A stretch of 64,000 nucleotides of DNA from Candidatus Latescibacterota bacterium (GTDB lineage: Bacteria > Latescibacterota > UBA2968), in the NCBI GenBank assembly GCA_965204745.1, contig OZ242010.1:4224001-4288000 (forward strand), given 5' to 3'. Numbering within the stretch: position 1 is the stretch's first letter; every line of letters starts with the position of its first letter. Of this stretch, positions 27,306 to 38,709 are shown in pieces. The notes beneath the pieces were generated by a model that worked only from the letters and a program-made list of their open reading frames with translations, had not been told where the DNA came from and searched no databases. The translations under genes were made by a program, and so were the position numbers.

Positions 27306-27725
27306 TTACTCCGCTTTCCACTCCGCGATCTTTTCCTCTGCCTTGCGGCGCAATTCCCGGCCCTTGTCCGGGGTGGGGTCTTTGACAATGCCGTAAATCT
27401 GGCGGCCTTCGTGGTCTTCGGGCAGATATTCCGTAATGGGCATGCCTTCGGGTGTGACAAAGAGCAAGCAGTGGCAGTATTTGAAAATTTTCATTTCATC
27501 ACACGCGCAAACCCATTCTCGGCTGCGCTCGAGCTCGGCTTTTTTGTCAGGATAAAAATTGCACGGGCAAAGCGGGCGGCCCACGTCATCGATGTTCTGT
27601 GCAAGCCCATTGATGACCGTATCCGCGATCTCGCGGGTCGGATGCGGCGACGTCCCGGTTTTCTCCCAGTACTTGTCCGTGTAAATCTGCATCCTCTTGA
27701 GGTTTTTCTCGGTGGGTTGAGACAT
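27306..27725 (-). CDS. ferredoxin:thioredoxin reductase catalytic (beta) chain
   Basis: GRPLCPC...WVCAC...YCHCLLFVTPE. Confidence 0.88.
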   Translation of the reverse strand: MSQPTEKNLKRMQIYTDKYWEKTGTSPHPTREIADTVINGLAQNIDDVGRPLCPCNFYPDKKAELERSREWVCACDEMKIFKYCHCLLFVTPEGMPITEYLPEDHEGRQIYGIVKDPTPDKGRELRRKAEEKIAEWKAE

Positions 27726-27784
27726 AGGTCATTCCTTTACAAAGAGTTGTTGAGATAGGTCAACGCCAGAAACGTGTGGCACAA

Positions 27785-28858
27785 CTAAGGGGACTGTGTG
27801 GCAGGCCCCAAAAATCGGTTGATCGCGGTCATCAAGGTGAGGGCGATCAAGAGCAGGCTACCCAACTTAATCAGCAAGCGTTGTTCAAGAGCCTTGATCT
27901 CAGCCCGAACCGCTTGAATCTCGTTTCGCAGGGACGACTCGGTTTGCTCCAAATTGCTTTGAACCGCCTGAATCTCACTCCGCAAGGTCGCCTCGGTTTT
28001 CTCCAAATTGCTTTGAACCGCCTGAATCTCACTCCGCAGAGTCGCCTCGGTTTTCCCCAAGTCGTTGCGAACCGCTTGAATCTCGCTCCGCAGAGATGCC
28101 TCGGTCTTCTCCAAATCGCTGCGAACCGCTTGAATCTCGCTCCGCAGAGATGCCTCGGTTTTCTCCAAATCGTCACGCAGGGCTTGAATCTCGCTCCGCA
28201 GAGATGCCTCGGTCTTTTCCAAATCGCCGCGCAAAACCTCAACTTCGCTACGAACCGCTTGAATCTCACTCCGCAGAGATGCCTCGGTTTTCTCCAAATC
28301 GTCACGCAGGGCTTGAATCTCGCTCCGCAGAGATGCCTCGGTTTTCTCCAAATCGCCGCGCAAAACCTCAACTTCGTTGCGAACCGCTTGAATCTCGCTC
28401 CGCAAGGTCGCCTCGGTTTTCTCCAAATCGCCGCGCAAAACCTCAATTTCGTTGCGAACCGCTTGAATCTCGCTCCGCAAGGTCGCCTCGGTTTTCTCCA
28501 AATCGCCGCGCAAAACCTCAACTTCATTGCGAACCGCTTGAATCTCGCTCCGCAAGGTCGCCTCGGTTTTCTCCAAATCGCCGCGCAAAACCTCAACTTC
28601 GCCGCGCAAAACCTCAACTTCGCTACGAACCGCTTGAATCTCACTCCGCAGAGATGCCTCGGTTTTCTCCAAATCGCCGCGCAGGGCTTGCATCTCACTC
28701 CGCAGGGACATCTCGGTCTTCTCCAAGTCATCCCGAGTCGCCATATCCTCGCCGATTCCTTCGGCAAAGATATTCACCAAAGCATGCGCCTGATGCTCGT
28801 CAAAGTCGGCTTCCTCTTGCAACCGCAGGGACGCCTTGAGCGTATCGAATCCAATCAT
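27785..28858 (-). CDS. DUF1640/CCDC90-like membrane-anchored coiled-coil protein
   Basis: FDTLK...QAHALV head, ATRDDL neck, repetitive stalk, C-terminal TM; AGGAG before ATG 28858. Confidence 0.85.
   Translation of the reverse strand: MIGFDTLKASLRLQEEADFDEHQAHALVNIFAEGIGEDMATRDDLEKTEMSLRSEMQALRGDLEKTEASLRSEIQAVRSEVEVLRGEVEVLRGDLEKTEATLRSEIQAVRNEVEVLRGDLEKTEATLRSEIQAVRNEIEVLRGDLEKTEATLRSEIQAVRNEVEVLRGDLEKTEASLRSEIQALRDDLEKTEASLRSEIQAVRSEVEVLRGDLEKTEASLRSEIQALRDDLEKTEASLRSEIQAVRSDLEKTEASLRSEIQAVRNDLGKTEATLRSEIQAVQSNLEKTEATLRSEIQAVQSNLEQTESSLRNEIQAVRAEIKALEQRLLIKLGSLLLIALTLMTAINRFLGPATQSP
27900..28726 (-). repeat. coding tandem repeat with 54/75/96-bp units
   Basis: 13 units LEKTEA(S/T)LRSEIQA(V/L)R.. 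with optional EVEVLRG inserts. Confidence 0.9.
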
Positions 28859-28984
28859 GTGGCTGCTCCTATCCTTTGTACGTTGAACACAGTGATCGCG
28901 CTGAAGGCGATCACCTATCGAACTGTCTTCATGGTACAGCAAAAAAACCCCATGAGCAAGAACAAATGTTCTTTTTTCGCGCTC

Positions 28985-31036
28985 TCACTCCTCACACCTC
29001 GCTTCTACCTTCGCCAAGTGGGGCAGATAGCCTTGTCGCTGGAGCGTGTGAATCAGGGATTCGGGTTTTATCGCGGCATTGAGAGACGCGGTGGTGGGTG
29101 AAACGCGCACGCCCAAAGCCCGTGCGACTCGGGGTTGGGCATAGAGTTCGTCGAGCAATTCACGCGACGCGGTTTTGACGAGCCCACTGTCCGGGATGAT
29201 CTCGATCTCGCCGTATTTGTCGGCGCACTCCGCGATGAGGGCTTTGACCACGTCTGGCAAACCGGCCGCGCTGTGTTGGGTCAAAAACGCTTCTATCTCC
29301 TCTCCGGACAAACCGCGTGCGAGGGCGCGGCGAATCGAATCGCGGGATAGATGAAAGCACGCCATCACATCCTGCGTCTTGAGATCGCCCAAAACACACA
29401 TGTCGAGATAGTGCGCGCAGGGAAAATCCGGCGGTAACAAAACCTCAAAATTGGGCTGCACAACGCATTTTGCATCTGCATTTTGCACGGGGACCTGTTC
29501 GAGCAGGGCGTCCTCTCGCACATCGTGCAACAGTGCGTACCCCGCGTTTGTGATCTGAAAGACCGCGGGTTTGCCTCGCTTTCGAGGTTCTGAAAACGCG
29601 CCAAAATTGCCCACGCGCACAATGCCCATCCACATCAGCGCGCCGCTGATGACGCGGCGCAACAACTCGTCGTCGGTGGTGCCGCTGCGCGTTGGGTTTT
29701 CGGCAAAATGGCGAAACGGCTCTGAAAAGCGCGTCAAAAATTGGTAATACGAAGAATACGTCATCCAGGTATCCGCGGGGCAACGCCGCAGGCTTCGCAC
29801 GATTTCCCGGCGGAGATTTTTGAGTTCGCTCATGCGCGTGCTGTCCGCTCGCGTGCGATCCGCGGACCACTCATTCCAGCGGTCGCTTTGAAACCAAAAC
29901 GCAAAACACGCCTTGCGAATGGCGATGATCTGTTCCAGCCGCGCCCCCGCATCCGCAACCACGTACCAAGCCGTGTCGCAGAGTTCCACCAGCCGATATG
30001 TTTCGGCAAAAAGCGCGAGAAACTCGACATAGCCCGGCTCGTTCTGGATGTGGCAGAGCTTGCCCGCATCTCGCAAATCGCTCTTGGAAATCCCCCCGTG
30101 CTTGAGCCTGCGCGGCAACCGGCGCGCAAAAGTGCCGAGCAATGTGGTCAAGTCGCGGATGAGATGGGCCGTGTTTTCGCGGATGGACGTAGGCGGGGAA
30201 TCCGGTGTTTCGATGAGGTCGTCCAGACGGCTTTCGAGTTGCCCGCCCCGCGCCTGCGCGATTTTGGACAAGGCCACGCGCAGGTCGGACGCCAAGCAGA
30301 TGGGGGCATCGGCCGTGGTCAGTTCCCGGTCTGGCGCGTAAAAGATCGGCATTTTCCAGCGCATGTCCTCCAACTCGCGCGTTGCGGCTTCCCCTAATTT
30401 TTTTGCGACTTTGCGCCGCGTGAGCGCGTTGTCAGCCAAGAACAAATCCAAGATGGCGCGGCGTTCTTCGCTGAGCGTGTCGAGAAAGGCGTGCAGGGTT
30501 TCGGGCGCGAGCAGGGCATTGGCAATCGCGTGGCCCACGATGGGTTTGCGCGTGTCCAAAAGGCGCAGGCCAATTCGATCTGCAAACGCGCGCAACAACC
30601 CCACGGATACGGGTTTGACCAGGGCGCGCAATCGGCCCTGATCCGCGGCGGGAATGGGAATGGATTTGAGAAGGGATTCCGGAATGCCGATCAAAACATG
30701 GGCATCGCCCAAGGTGTGCGCGTCCCGAAACACCAGCCCGGTCAACGCGCTGACTCGGGCGTGCAACCGGGGCAAAAAACCATTGGCGTAAATATCAACG
30801 GCCTCTGCCTCCAACAACTCACCCCCTTCAGCCGCGAGATTCCGCACCATCGCACGTTGCTCCTCCGACAAGGCACAAAGTCGCTCGGCCACCCGCTCGG
30901 GTTCGGGCAACACGCGACAAAGCACATCCACGAGGAAGGTTTTGTTATTCCCTCGGTCCAATACGACGCCCGCATCGCGTGCGAGTTGACGCAACGTACT
31001 GACCGGATACTGGGTAAGCGCGGCGCGAAGGGTCAT
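28985..31036 (-). CDS. helicase-associated domain protein (XPB/Ssl2 partner type)
   Basis: C-terminal VVQPNFEV...FHLSRDSIRRALARG...FLTQHS...LPDVVKALIAECADKYG; no Walker motifs seen. Confidence 0.75.
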   Translation of the reverse strand: MTLRAALTQYPVSTLRQLARDAGVVLDRGNNKTFLVDVLCRVLPEPERVAERLCALSEEQRAMVRNLAAEGGELLEAEAVDIYANGFLPRLHARVSALTGLVFRDAHTLGDAHVLIGIPESLLKSIPIPAADQGRLRALVKPVSVGLLRAFADRIGLRLLDTRKPIVGHAIANALLAPETLHAFLDTLSEERRAILDLFLADNALTRRKVAKKLGEAATRELEDMRWKMPIFYAPDRELTTADAPICLASDLRVALSKIAQARGGQLESRLDDLIETPDSPPTSIRENTAHLIRDLTTLLGTFARRLPRRLKHGGISKSDLRDAGKLCHIQNEPGYVEFLALFAETYRLVELCDTAWYVVADAGARLEQIIAIRKACFAFWFQSDRWNEWSADRTRADSTRMSELKNLRREIVRSLRRCPADTWMTYSSYYQFLTRFSEPFRHFAENPTRSGTTDDELLRRVISGALMWMGIVRVGNFGAFSEPRKRGKPAVFQITNAGYALLHDVREDALLEQVPVQNADAKCVVQPNFEVLLPPDFPCAHYLDMCVLGDLKTQDVMACFHLSRDSIRRALARGLSGEEIEAFLTQHSAAGLPDVVKALIAECADKYGEIEIIPDSGLVKTASRELLDELYAQPRVARALGVRVSPTTASLNAAIKPESLIHTLQRQGYLPHLAKVEARCEE

Positions 31037-31092
31037 GGGAAATTTCGGAAAAAAATTAAGACACCTACGACCCGTAAGTGCCTAAAAAAAAG

Positions 31093-31165
31093 TGGAGCCG
31101 AGCGGGATCGAACCGCCGACCTTTTGACTGCCAGTCAAACGCTCTCCCAGTTGAGCTACGGCCCC
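31093..31165 (-). tRNA. tRNA-Ala(GGC), CCA not encoded
   Basis: GGGGCCG acceptor with G3:U70, anticodon loop CTGGCAG, GGTTCGATCC T-arm. Confidence 0.97.
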
Positions 31166-31186
31166 ACTGCTGTGATGTGTGGTTCA

Positions 31187-31215
31187 AGAGTAACAAAATG
31201 AGAGGCCAATGTCAA
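31187..31215 (-). promoter_or_regulatory. promoter of tRNA-Ala
   Basis: TTGACA-N17-TACTCT with TGn. Confidence 0.7.
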
Positions 31216-31234
31216 GCAAAAAGCCGAACCGGGC

Positions 31235-33369
<2,135 letters not shown>

Positions 33370-34555
33370 GGCGTTGTTGCATAAATAGCAATTTCCTGCA
33401 AGTTGGGATAGCAAAAAGACAGGCTCCTTCGTAGATTGGGCATATAGATCACCAAACACCACTCACCCTTTCTCACCAGGAACCTGTCATGCCCAAGATA
33501 ACCGCTTCCCTGACCGCTGTCAAGTCCCCGCGTCGCCCGCGTCGCCCGCGCTGTGCGCCTGTCTATCGGGTCCGGAACTGGGCGGCCTACGAGGCCGGTC
33601 TCAAGCAGCGGGGCAGTCTGACGTTTTGGATTACGCCGCAAGCTCTTCGGGGGTGGTACCATCAAGGGCCAACGCAACGGGGGAGGCAAAACACCTTTTC
33701 AGATTTGGCTATTCAAACGGCGTTGATGGTGCGCTTGGTCTCTGCCTTGCCCCTGCGTCAAACCGAGGGGTTTCTCACGTCCATCCTGGCGTTGATGGGG
33801 GTGGCTTTGCGCGTGCCCGATCATACGACCCTCTGCCGGCGACAGGGCGATTTGAATGTGGATTTACCTGTCCAATCCCATCATGCGCCGATCCACTTAG
33901 TGGTGGATTCCACCGGCCTGAAAGTGTATGGCGAAGGCGAATGGAAGGTGCGTCAACACGGCTTTTGCAAGCACCGGACTTGGCGCAAATTGCACATCGG
34001 CGTCGATGAGGCCACCGGCGAGCTTGTCGCACAGACCCTGACTTCGGCAAGCGTTGATGACGCTTCGCAGGTCAACCCCTTGCTCGATCAAGTCCTGGCC
34101 CCTGTCCATACGATGGGTGCAGATGGCGGCTATGACAAACGCAAGGTCTTCAACACATGCGCCGCCCCCAAACAAGGAGCACCCATCCGACCTCTGATTC
34201 CCCCGCGCCATGACGCGAAAATTGAACAACACGGAAACAGGAAGGGCCCTCCCTTGGCCCGCGATGAAATCATCCGAGCCATCCGGCGTCAAGGCCGCCG
34301 ACAGTGGAAACGCACCCGTGGCTATCATCGTCGCTCGGTCGTTGAAACCCAACTATGCCGCTACAAACAACGCATTGGGCGGCAGTTGCGTGCGCGAAAT
34401 CAGGAGAACCAAGAAACGGAAGCGCGGTTGGGATGTGCGGTGCTCAATCGCATGATGAGGATCGCGAAACCCGTGTCCTATCCCAGAGAAAGAGGGGCTT
34501 AAATCTCGCGGGAAAGGGACGAACTTTGCCACGACAACATTTATGCAACAACGCC
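33370..34555 (+). mobile_element. IS5-family (IS903 group) insertion sequence
   Basis: perfect 17-bp TIRs GGCGTTGTTGCATAAAT / ATTTATGCAACAACGCC enclosing a transposase. Confidence 0.93.
33489..34502 (+). CDS. IS5-family (IS903 group) DDE transposase
   Basis: NWAAYEAGLKQRGSLTFW, PDHTTLCRR, VDSTGLKVYGEGEW, WRKLHIG, ADGGYD, GYHRRSVVET. Confidence 0.95.
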   Translation: MPKITASLTAVKSPRRPRRPRCAPVYRVRNWAAYEAGLKQRGSLTFWITPQALRGWYHQGPTQRGRQNTFSDLAIQTALMVRLVSALPLRQTEGFLTSILALMGVALRVPDHTTLCRRQGDLNVDLPVQSHHAPIHLVVDSTGLKVYGEGEWKVRQHGFCKHRTWRKLHIGVDEATGELVAQTLTSASVDDASQVNPLLDQVLAPVHTMGADGGYDKRKVFNTCAAPKQGAPIRPLIPPRHDAKIEQHGNRKGPPLARDEIIRAIRRQGRRQWKRTRGYHRRSVVETQLCRYKQRIGRQLRARNQENQETEARLGCAVLNRMMRIAKPVSYPRERGA

Positions 34556-34635
34556 ACTGACTACTGACTACTGACTACTGACTACTGACTACTGACTACT
34601 GACTACTGACTACTGACTACTGACTACTGACTACT
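34556..34635 (+). repeat. (ACTGACT) about 11x heptamer tandem array
   Basis: direct reading. Confidence 0.95.
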
Positions 34636-34708
34636 CTCGTTTGACCTCAAATGAAGGGCGTATTATTCTCATGCCGCGACTATGTATCACCACAGGAGGG
34701 AATGGGCG

Positions 34709-35740
34709 ATGATCATCACACAACTCCGCGCAGTGCAACCCCATGCGAACCGGGCGCCGCAGGGATGGCGCGGCACACTCGGACAAATTCTCGTGCGGGT
34801 CGATACAGACGATGGCCTGTGCGGATACGGCGTTGGCGGGGGCGGTGCGGCCGGCATTCACGTCGTCGAGACCGCGTTGCGCGAAGTGCTCATCGGCGCG
34901 AATGCCGAAGATGTCGAGGGCTTGTGGGACGCGATGTATCGCCACACCGCGGCGTATGGGTACAAGGGCATTGCGATGATGGCGCAAAGCGGCGTGGACT
35001 TGGCATTGTGGGATCTGCGGGGCAAGCGCACGAACGAGCCCCTCGTGGAAGTGCTCGGCGGCGCGCCCAAAGCCGTGCCCTCGTATCGCACGGGCGCGCG
35101 GCGCGGCCTTGAGGAAGCCCTCGCGCAGGGGTACAAGGCCGTCAAGTTCGGCATTGGCGCGATGGACCCCCACGCGGAATTGGACGCCATCGCCGAGTTG
35201 TTTGCCGACATTCGAGCGGTGGCAGGGCCGGAGATTCAAGTGATGTGCGATGCGTCTATGGGGTGGGATGTGGAAGGCGCGTTGCGCGCTGCGGAGCGGT
35301 TGGTCGAGTTCGACTTGGCGTGGTTGGAAGAACCGCTTTTGCCCGAGGAGTTTGCGGGCTATGAACGGCTGATGCGCGAAAGCCCCATCCCCATTGCCAG
35401 CGGCGAGCACGAATACACGGCGCGGGGGTTTGAAGCCCTGATGCAACGGGGCTTGCACGCGATTTATCAACCCGATGTGTGTTGGTGCGGCGGCTTGACC
35501 GAGTTGGTCAAAATTTACGACTTGGCAAAACGCTACAATGTATCGGTCTGCCCCCACCGAGGCGGCGAAGTGTGGGCACTGCACGCGATTGTCGCGCTCG
35601 ATCCCGATCCCTTAGCGGAAAGCGGCCGCCCGTGGATGACATGGGTGCAAAATCAACCCCGCGTCACAACTGGCAACATCGCCCCCAATGATGCGCCGGG
35701 CTTCGGCGTTTCATTTGCCGATGACCTGTGGGCGCGATAA
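34709..35740 (+). CDS. mandelate racemase/muconate lactonizing enzyme family protein
   Basis: SGVDLALWDLRGK, KAVKF, MCDA, WLEEP, SGEHE, QPDV; AGGAGG RBS. Confidence 0.9.
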   Translation: MIITQLRAVQPHANRAPQGWRGTLGQILVRVDTDDGLCGYGVGGGGAAGIHVVETALREVLIGANAEDVEGLWDAMYRHTAAYGYKGIAMMAQSGVDLALWDLRGKRTNEPLVEVLGGAPKAVPSYRTGARRGLEEALAQGYKAVKFGIGAMDPHAELDAIAELFADIRAVAGPEIQVMCDASMGWDVEGALRAAERLVEFDLAWLEEPLLPEEFAGYERLMRESPIPIASGEHEYTARGFEALMQRGLHAIYQPDVCWCGGLTELVKIYDLAKRYNVSVCPHRGGEVWALHAIVALDPDPLAESGRPWMTWVQNQPRVTTGNIAPNDAPGFGVSFADDLWAR

Positions 35741-35768
35741 CCCTATCCACCCGTGTAAAGGCGGTTTG

Positions 35769-35797
35769 TTGACGCTCTTTTGAATTTCGGCTATATT
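35769..35797 (+). promoter_or_regulatory. promoter of hicB
   Basis: TTGACG-N17-TATATT. Confidence 0.65.
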
Positions 35798-35827
35798 GCA
35801 CAACGGAAATGGCGTTAGGAGGTCAAG

Positions 35828-36031
35828 ATGAAATTGAAAATTTTGATTTATGAAGCCGAAGAAGGTGGGTACTGGGCAGAAGTGCCGGCTTTGCGGGGAT
35901 GTGTCTCGGAGGGCGAAACACTGGACGAGACCTTGATGAACATTAAAGAAGCCGCATTGGGTTGGCTGGAAACAGCGTCTGAAAGGCATCAACCCATTGA
36001 AAAAGCACGCCTCGCAGAGAAGAGATATTAA
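35828..36031 (+). CDS. hicB: HicB-family antitoxin
   Basis: AEEGGYWAEVPALRGCVSEGETLDETLMNIKEA. Confidence 0.88.
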   Translation: MKLKILIYEAEEGGYWAEVPALRGCVSEGETLDETLMNIKEAALGWLETASERHQPIEKARLAEKRY

Positions 36032-36084
36032 CAGTGCCAGTACACGGAAATAGGGATCTCAAAAAAGGAACGCTTGGAAAATGA
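36022..36084 (+). pseudogene. C-terminal remnant of a HicA toxin
   Basis: frame reads EILTVPVHGNRDLKKGTLGK*, the HicA C-terminal motif, with no start or N-terminal half. Confidence 0.7.
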
Positions 36085-36087
36085 TTA

Positions 36088-36517
36088 GGTTCTGTTGACA
36101 TTTACGAGCAAAGCAACTGGCTTGATCGGTTTATCGAGAAAATCAAGCCCTATCGCAGAATATGCTCTCGGTTTGAGAAACTGGAATAGTCTCTCCTTAT
36201 CGGGACCTACCCCCCTAACCCCCCTTCCTGCGAGGAAGGGGGGAACTGTGAGCGGTTTTGCGAGGGGATTGATGAGGGTTTAATCGCTTTATGCCCTCGC
36301 GCAATGCCATCAGAGCAACCAGAGCGAGAAGACATCAAAGGGACTTTACTCCCCTTTCCTCGTAGGAAAGGGGCCGGGGGATAGGTCCCCTCGTGCAACG
36401 CCATCAGAGCAACCAGAGCGAGAAGACATCAAAGGACCAAACGCCTTAAATGAGCAAGAAGCAACACAGTTGCTACCTCTGTGCGTAACGTGAAAAAAAT
36501 GAAATGTCAACACGACC
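36088..36517 (+). mobile_element. MITE derived from an IS5-family (IS427-type) element
   Basis: imperfect TIRs GGTTCTGTTGACATTT / AAATGTCAACACGACC flanked by TA; internal transposase-like relic NWLDRFIEKIKPYRRICSRFEKL. Confidence 0.8.
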
Positions 36518-36621
36518 TAAAAGATTCGAGATTGAATTTAGGCTGATTCATTCCCTGCTGAAATGCTTTTATTTTTTGTGACGATGCAAGGCGTGACCAC
36601 TTCTTGCGCTGATCGAACAAT

Positions 36622-36660
36622 AAAAACCCCGGTATCATCTTTCGATGACGCCGGGGTTTT
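36622..36660 (-). terminator. intrinsic terminator after trxA
   Basis: AAAAACCCCGG...CCGGGGTTTT. Confidence 0.75.
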
Positions 36661-36684
36661 GTGTTGTGAATGGGTCTGGTTGCA

Positions 36685-37011
36685 TCAGGCGAGGACCGCT
36701 TTGAGCTTGTCTTCTATCGCGCTTTTGGGCACCGCGCCGATGAGTTGATCCGCTTGTTTGCCATCCTTAAAAATGAGCAAGGTGGGGATGCTGCGAATGC
36801 CGAACCCCCCTGCGGTCTGTTGCGCGTGATCCACATCCACTTTGCAAACCTTCACGCGGCCTTCGTATTCTCGAGCGAGTTCTTCGATGCTCGGCGCGAC
36901 CATCCGGCACGGGCCGCACCAAGTCGCCCAAAAATCCACCAGCACTGGAATGTCTGAATCGACGACCTCTGACTGGAAATTTTCATCTGTAATATTCAAT
37001 GGACTGCCCAC
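36685..37011 (-). CDS. trxA: thioredoxin
   Basis: VDFWATWCGPC, IRSIPTL. Confidence 0.96.
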   Translation of the reverse strand: MGSPLNITDENFQSEVVDSDIPVLVDFWATWCGPCRMVAPSIEELAREYEGRVKVCKVDVDHAQQTAGGFGIRSIPTLLIFKDGKQADQLIGAVPKSAIEDKLKAVLA

Positions 37012-37080
37012 TTTGAAACTCCTTTCGAATTGGGGTTGGTGTGCGAGGGTGTGTTAAACTACCAAGTTTGTATCGGATTG

Positions 37081-38094
37081 TCAAGGGGATGCGCGGCAAA
37101 TGCGGTACGCGAGGTGGGCGAGAATTTCGTGCGGTGGGCCGCCGCTGGATTTGAGGCGATTGTCCGCGTCGAGCAAGATCTCGTGGGCCTGCCAGAGGGT
37201 TTGATCGTCAAAATTGCGGACCTGATCCAGATAGTTCTGGGCGAAAAACGCGGGCACTTTGAGACGCGACGCCATCGCACTTCTAGACAGCCGTTGACCC
37301 GATACCCAGTGCGCGCGCCGCAAAATCCCAAAGTGACGCACGAGCAGGGCGACCGTGCCGGCCGGGTGTTCCCCCTGTTCGCGCAACCGCCCAATGATGG
37401 CCTGCGCCTTGCCCAACTGCCGGTGCCCGAGTGCGTCTGCGAGTTCAAACACCGTGACTCCGCGCGTGTTGTCGATCACCTCTGCGACGTGTTCCCGCGT
37501 GATGGACTTGTCGGCCGTGGCGACGAGGAGCTTTTCGATTTCGCTGTTCAACTCGCGCAGATTTGACCCGATGCTCATGTGGAGCAAATGCGCTGCTGCC
37601 GGCGCGATCTGCCTGCCCAGGGTTTTGACGTGCGTCTGGATCCATCCCGGGATTTTATTGTCATAAGGCGGGCGAAACTCGATGGCAACCGCGCGTTTTC
37701 TCAGTTCTGAAAACAGTTTTTTGCGCCCATCGGGTTTGGTCGCCGTGACGATAAACGCCGTCGTTTCGGGAGGCGATGCGAGGAGGGGCACGAGTTCGGG
37801 AGTCGCTGAATCGAGCAAGCGATCCGCGTTTTTGAGCACGACCACGCGGCGCGGCGCCATCATGGGAAAGGTGAGAGCCTGCGAAATGACCTGCGAAATC
37901 TCGGCCTCTTCGGCCCGATAAATGTCGAGGTTGAACGTGCGAGCTTCGGGTTCGACCAAGGCGTCAATAAGCCCGTCGACGAGTTGATCGCGCTGGAAGT
38001 CTTCCCGTCCATAAAAATAATACAGCGGCGCGACCGTGCCCTTTTTGACCGCGTCGAGCACCTGAGCGGGCGATATTTTGCGCGAGCGTTGCAT
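37081..38094 (-). CDS. holA: DNA polymerase III subunit delta
   Basis: LYYFYGRE, FNLDIY, PMMAPRRVVV, ELNSEIEKL, VFELADAL, DNRLKS. Confidence 0.9.
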   Translation of the reverse strand: MQRSRKISPAQVLDAVKKGTVAPLYYFYGREDFQRDQLVDGLIDALVEPEARTFNLDIYRAEEAEISQVISQALTFPMMAPRRVVVLKNADRLLDSATPELVPLLASPPETTAFIVTATKPDGRKKLFSELRKRAVAIEFRPPYDNKIPGWIQTHVKTLGRQIAPAAAHLLHMSIGSNLRELNSEIEKLLVATADKSITREHVAEVIDNTRGVTVFELADALGHRQLGKAQAIIGRLREQGEHPAGTVALLVRHFGILRRAHWVSGQRLSRSAMASRLKVPAFFAQNYLDQVRNFDDQTLWQAHEILLDADNRLKSSGGPPHEILAHLAYRICRASP

Positions 38095-38233
38095 GAAGTT
38101 GTCCAATGAGTTTGCGAATCTACGGAATGGAGTACATAGCGATTGGGTGGTTGGGCGGCCTCTCCCGTCTTGCCTCTCCCGTCTTACCCGTAGCTAGGGG
38201 TTGGGCGAAGACTGACCACTGACCACCGCCGAT

Positions 38234-38419
38234 CTAAAGGTCTTTGAAATCCGCGTCTTGAATCTGCGACTCGTCAATGTCGCGCAAGGGTTCTTTCTTT
38301 TTGGCCTCTCGCGCAAAGGGCCGCATCAACATCGCGCGAACCAACCGCCCCACAAATCGCAACAAGAGAATGACGAGCAAGGCGATGAGAAAGATGCGAA
38401 GCAACATAAATATCTCCAT
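38234..38419 (-). CDS. small membrane protein
   Basis: N-terminal TM, C-terminal IQDADFKDL. Confidence 0.65.
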   Translation of the reverse strand: MEIFMLLRIFLIALLVILLLRFVGRLVRAMLMRPFAREAKKKEPLRDIDESQIQDADFKDL

Positions 38420-38430
38420 GCCTTAACGGT

Positions 38431-38709
38431 TTAAGTGATATCCGTTTCAACCAAATGTTTGTAGTACGCTCCTTTGGACATCGTGCAGGTCGCAATTTGA
38501 TGGTATTGAGTTTTTGAAACATGTAGTTGCATGCGAATTGCTTTCAGCAGGCCCTCGCCAATATCTCGGTTGCCGCGGCTGACATAAGTCGTCACACACA
38601 ATCTGCCGGTAGCTGCGTCTTCGAGTACCCATCGCTCGTGCTTTGTACCTTTGCGTTTCACAAAATTGAGTTTTCTGAGAACCTTTCTGCGGTGTTCGTT
38701 AAAATTCAT
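38431..38709 (-). CDS. HicA-like putative toxin
   Basis: basic 92 aa; LNFVKRKGTKH...VSRGNRDIGEGLLKAIRMQL resembles the HicA fold. Confidence 0.55.
   Translation of the reverse strand: MNFNEHRRKVLRKLNFVKRKGTKHERWVLEDAATGRLCVTTYVSRGNRDIGEGLLKAIRMQLHVSKTQYHQIATCTMSKGAYYKHLVETDIT

Noticed and set aside
27900-28726. Regularly spaced repeats as a CRISPR or ncRNA array
   Set aside because: All units are multiples of 3 inside an intact coiled-coil ORF; no unique spacers.
24960-31165. Island integrated at tRNA-Ala
   Set aside because: No integrase, no duplicated tRNA 3' end noticed, and host-like genes.
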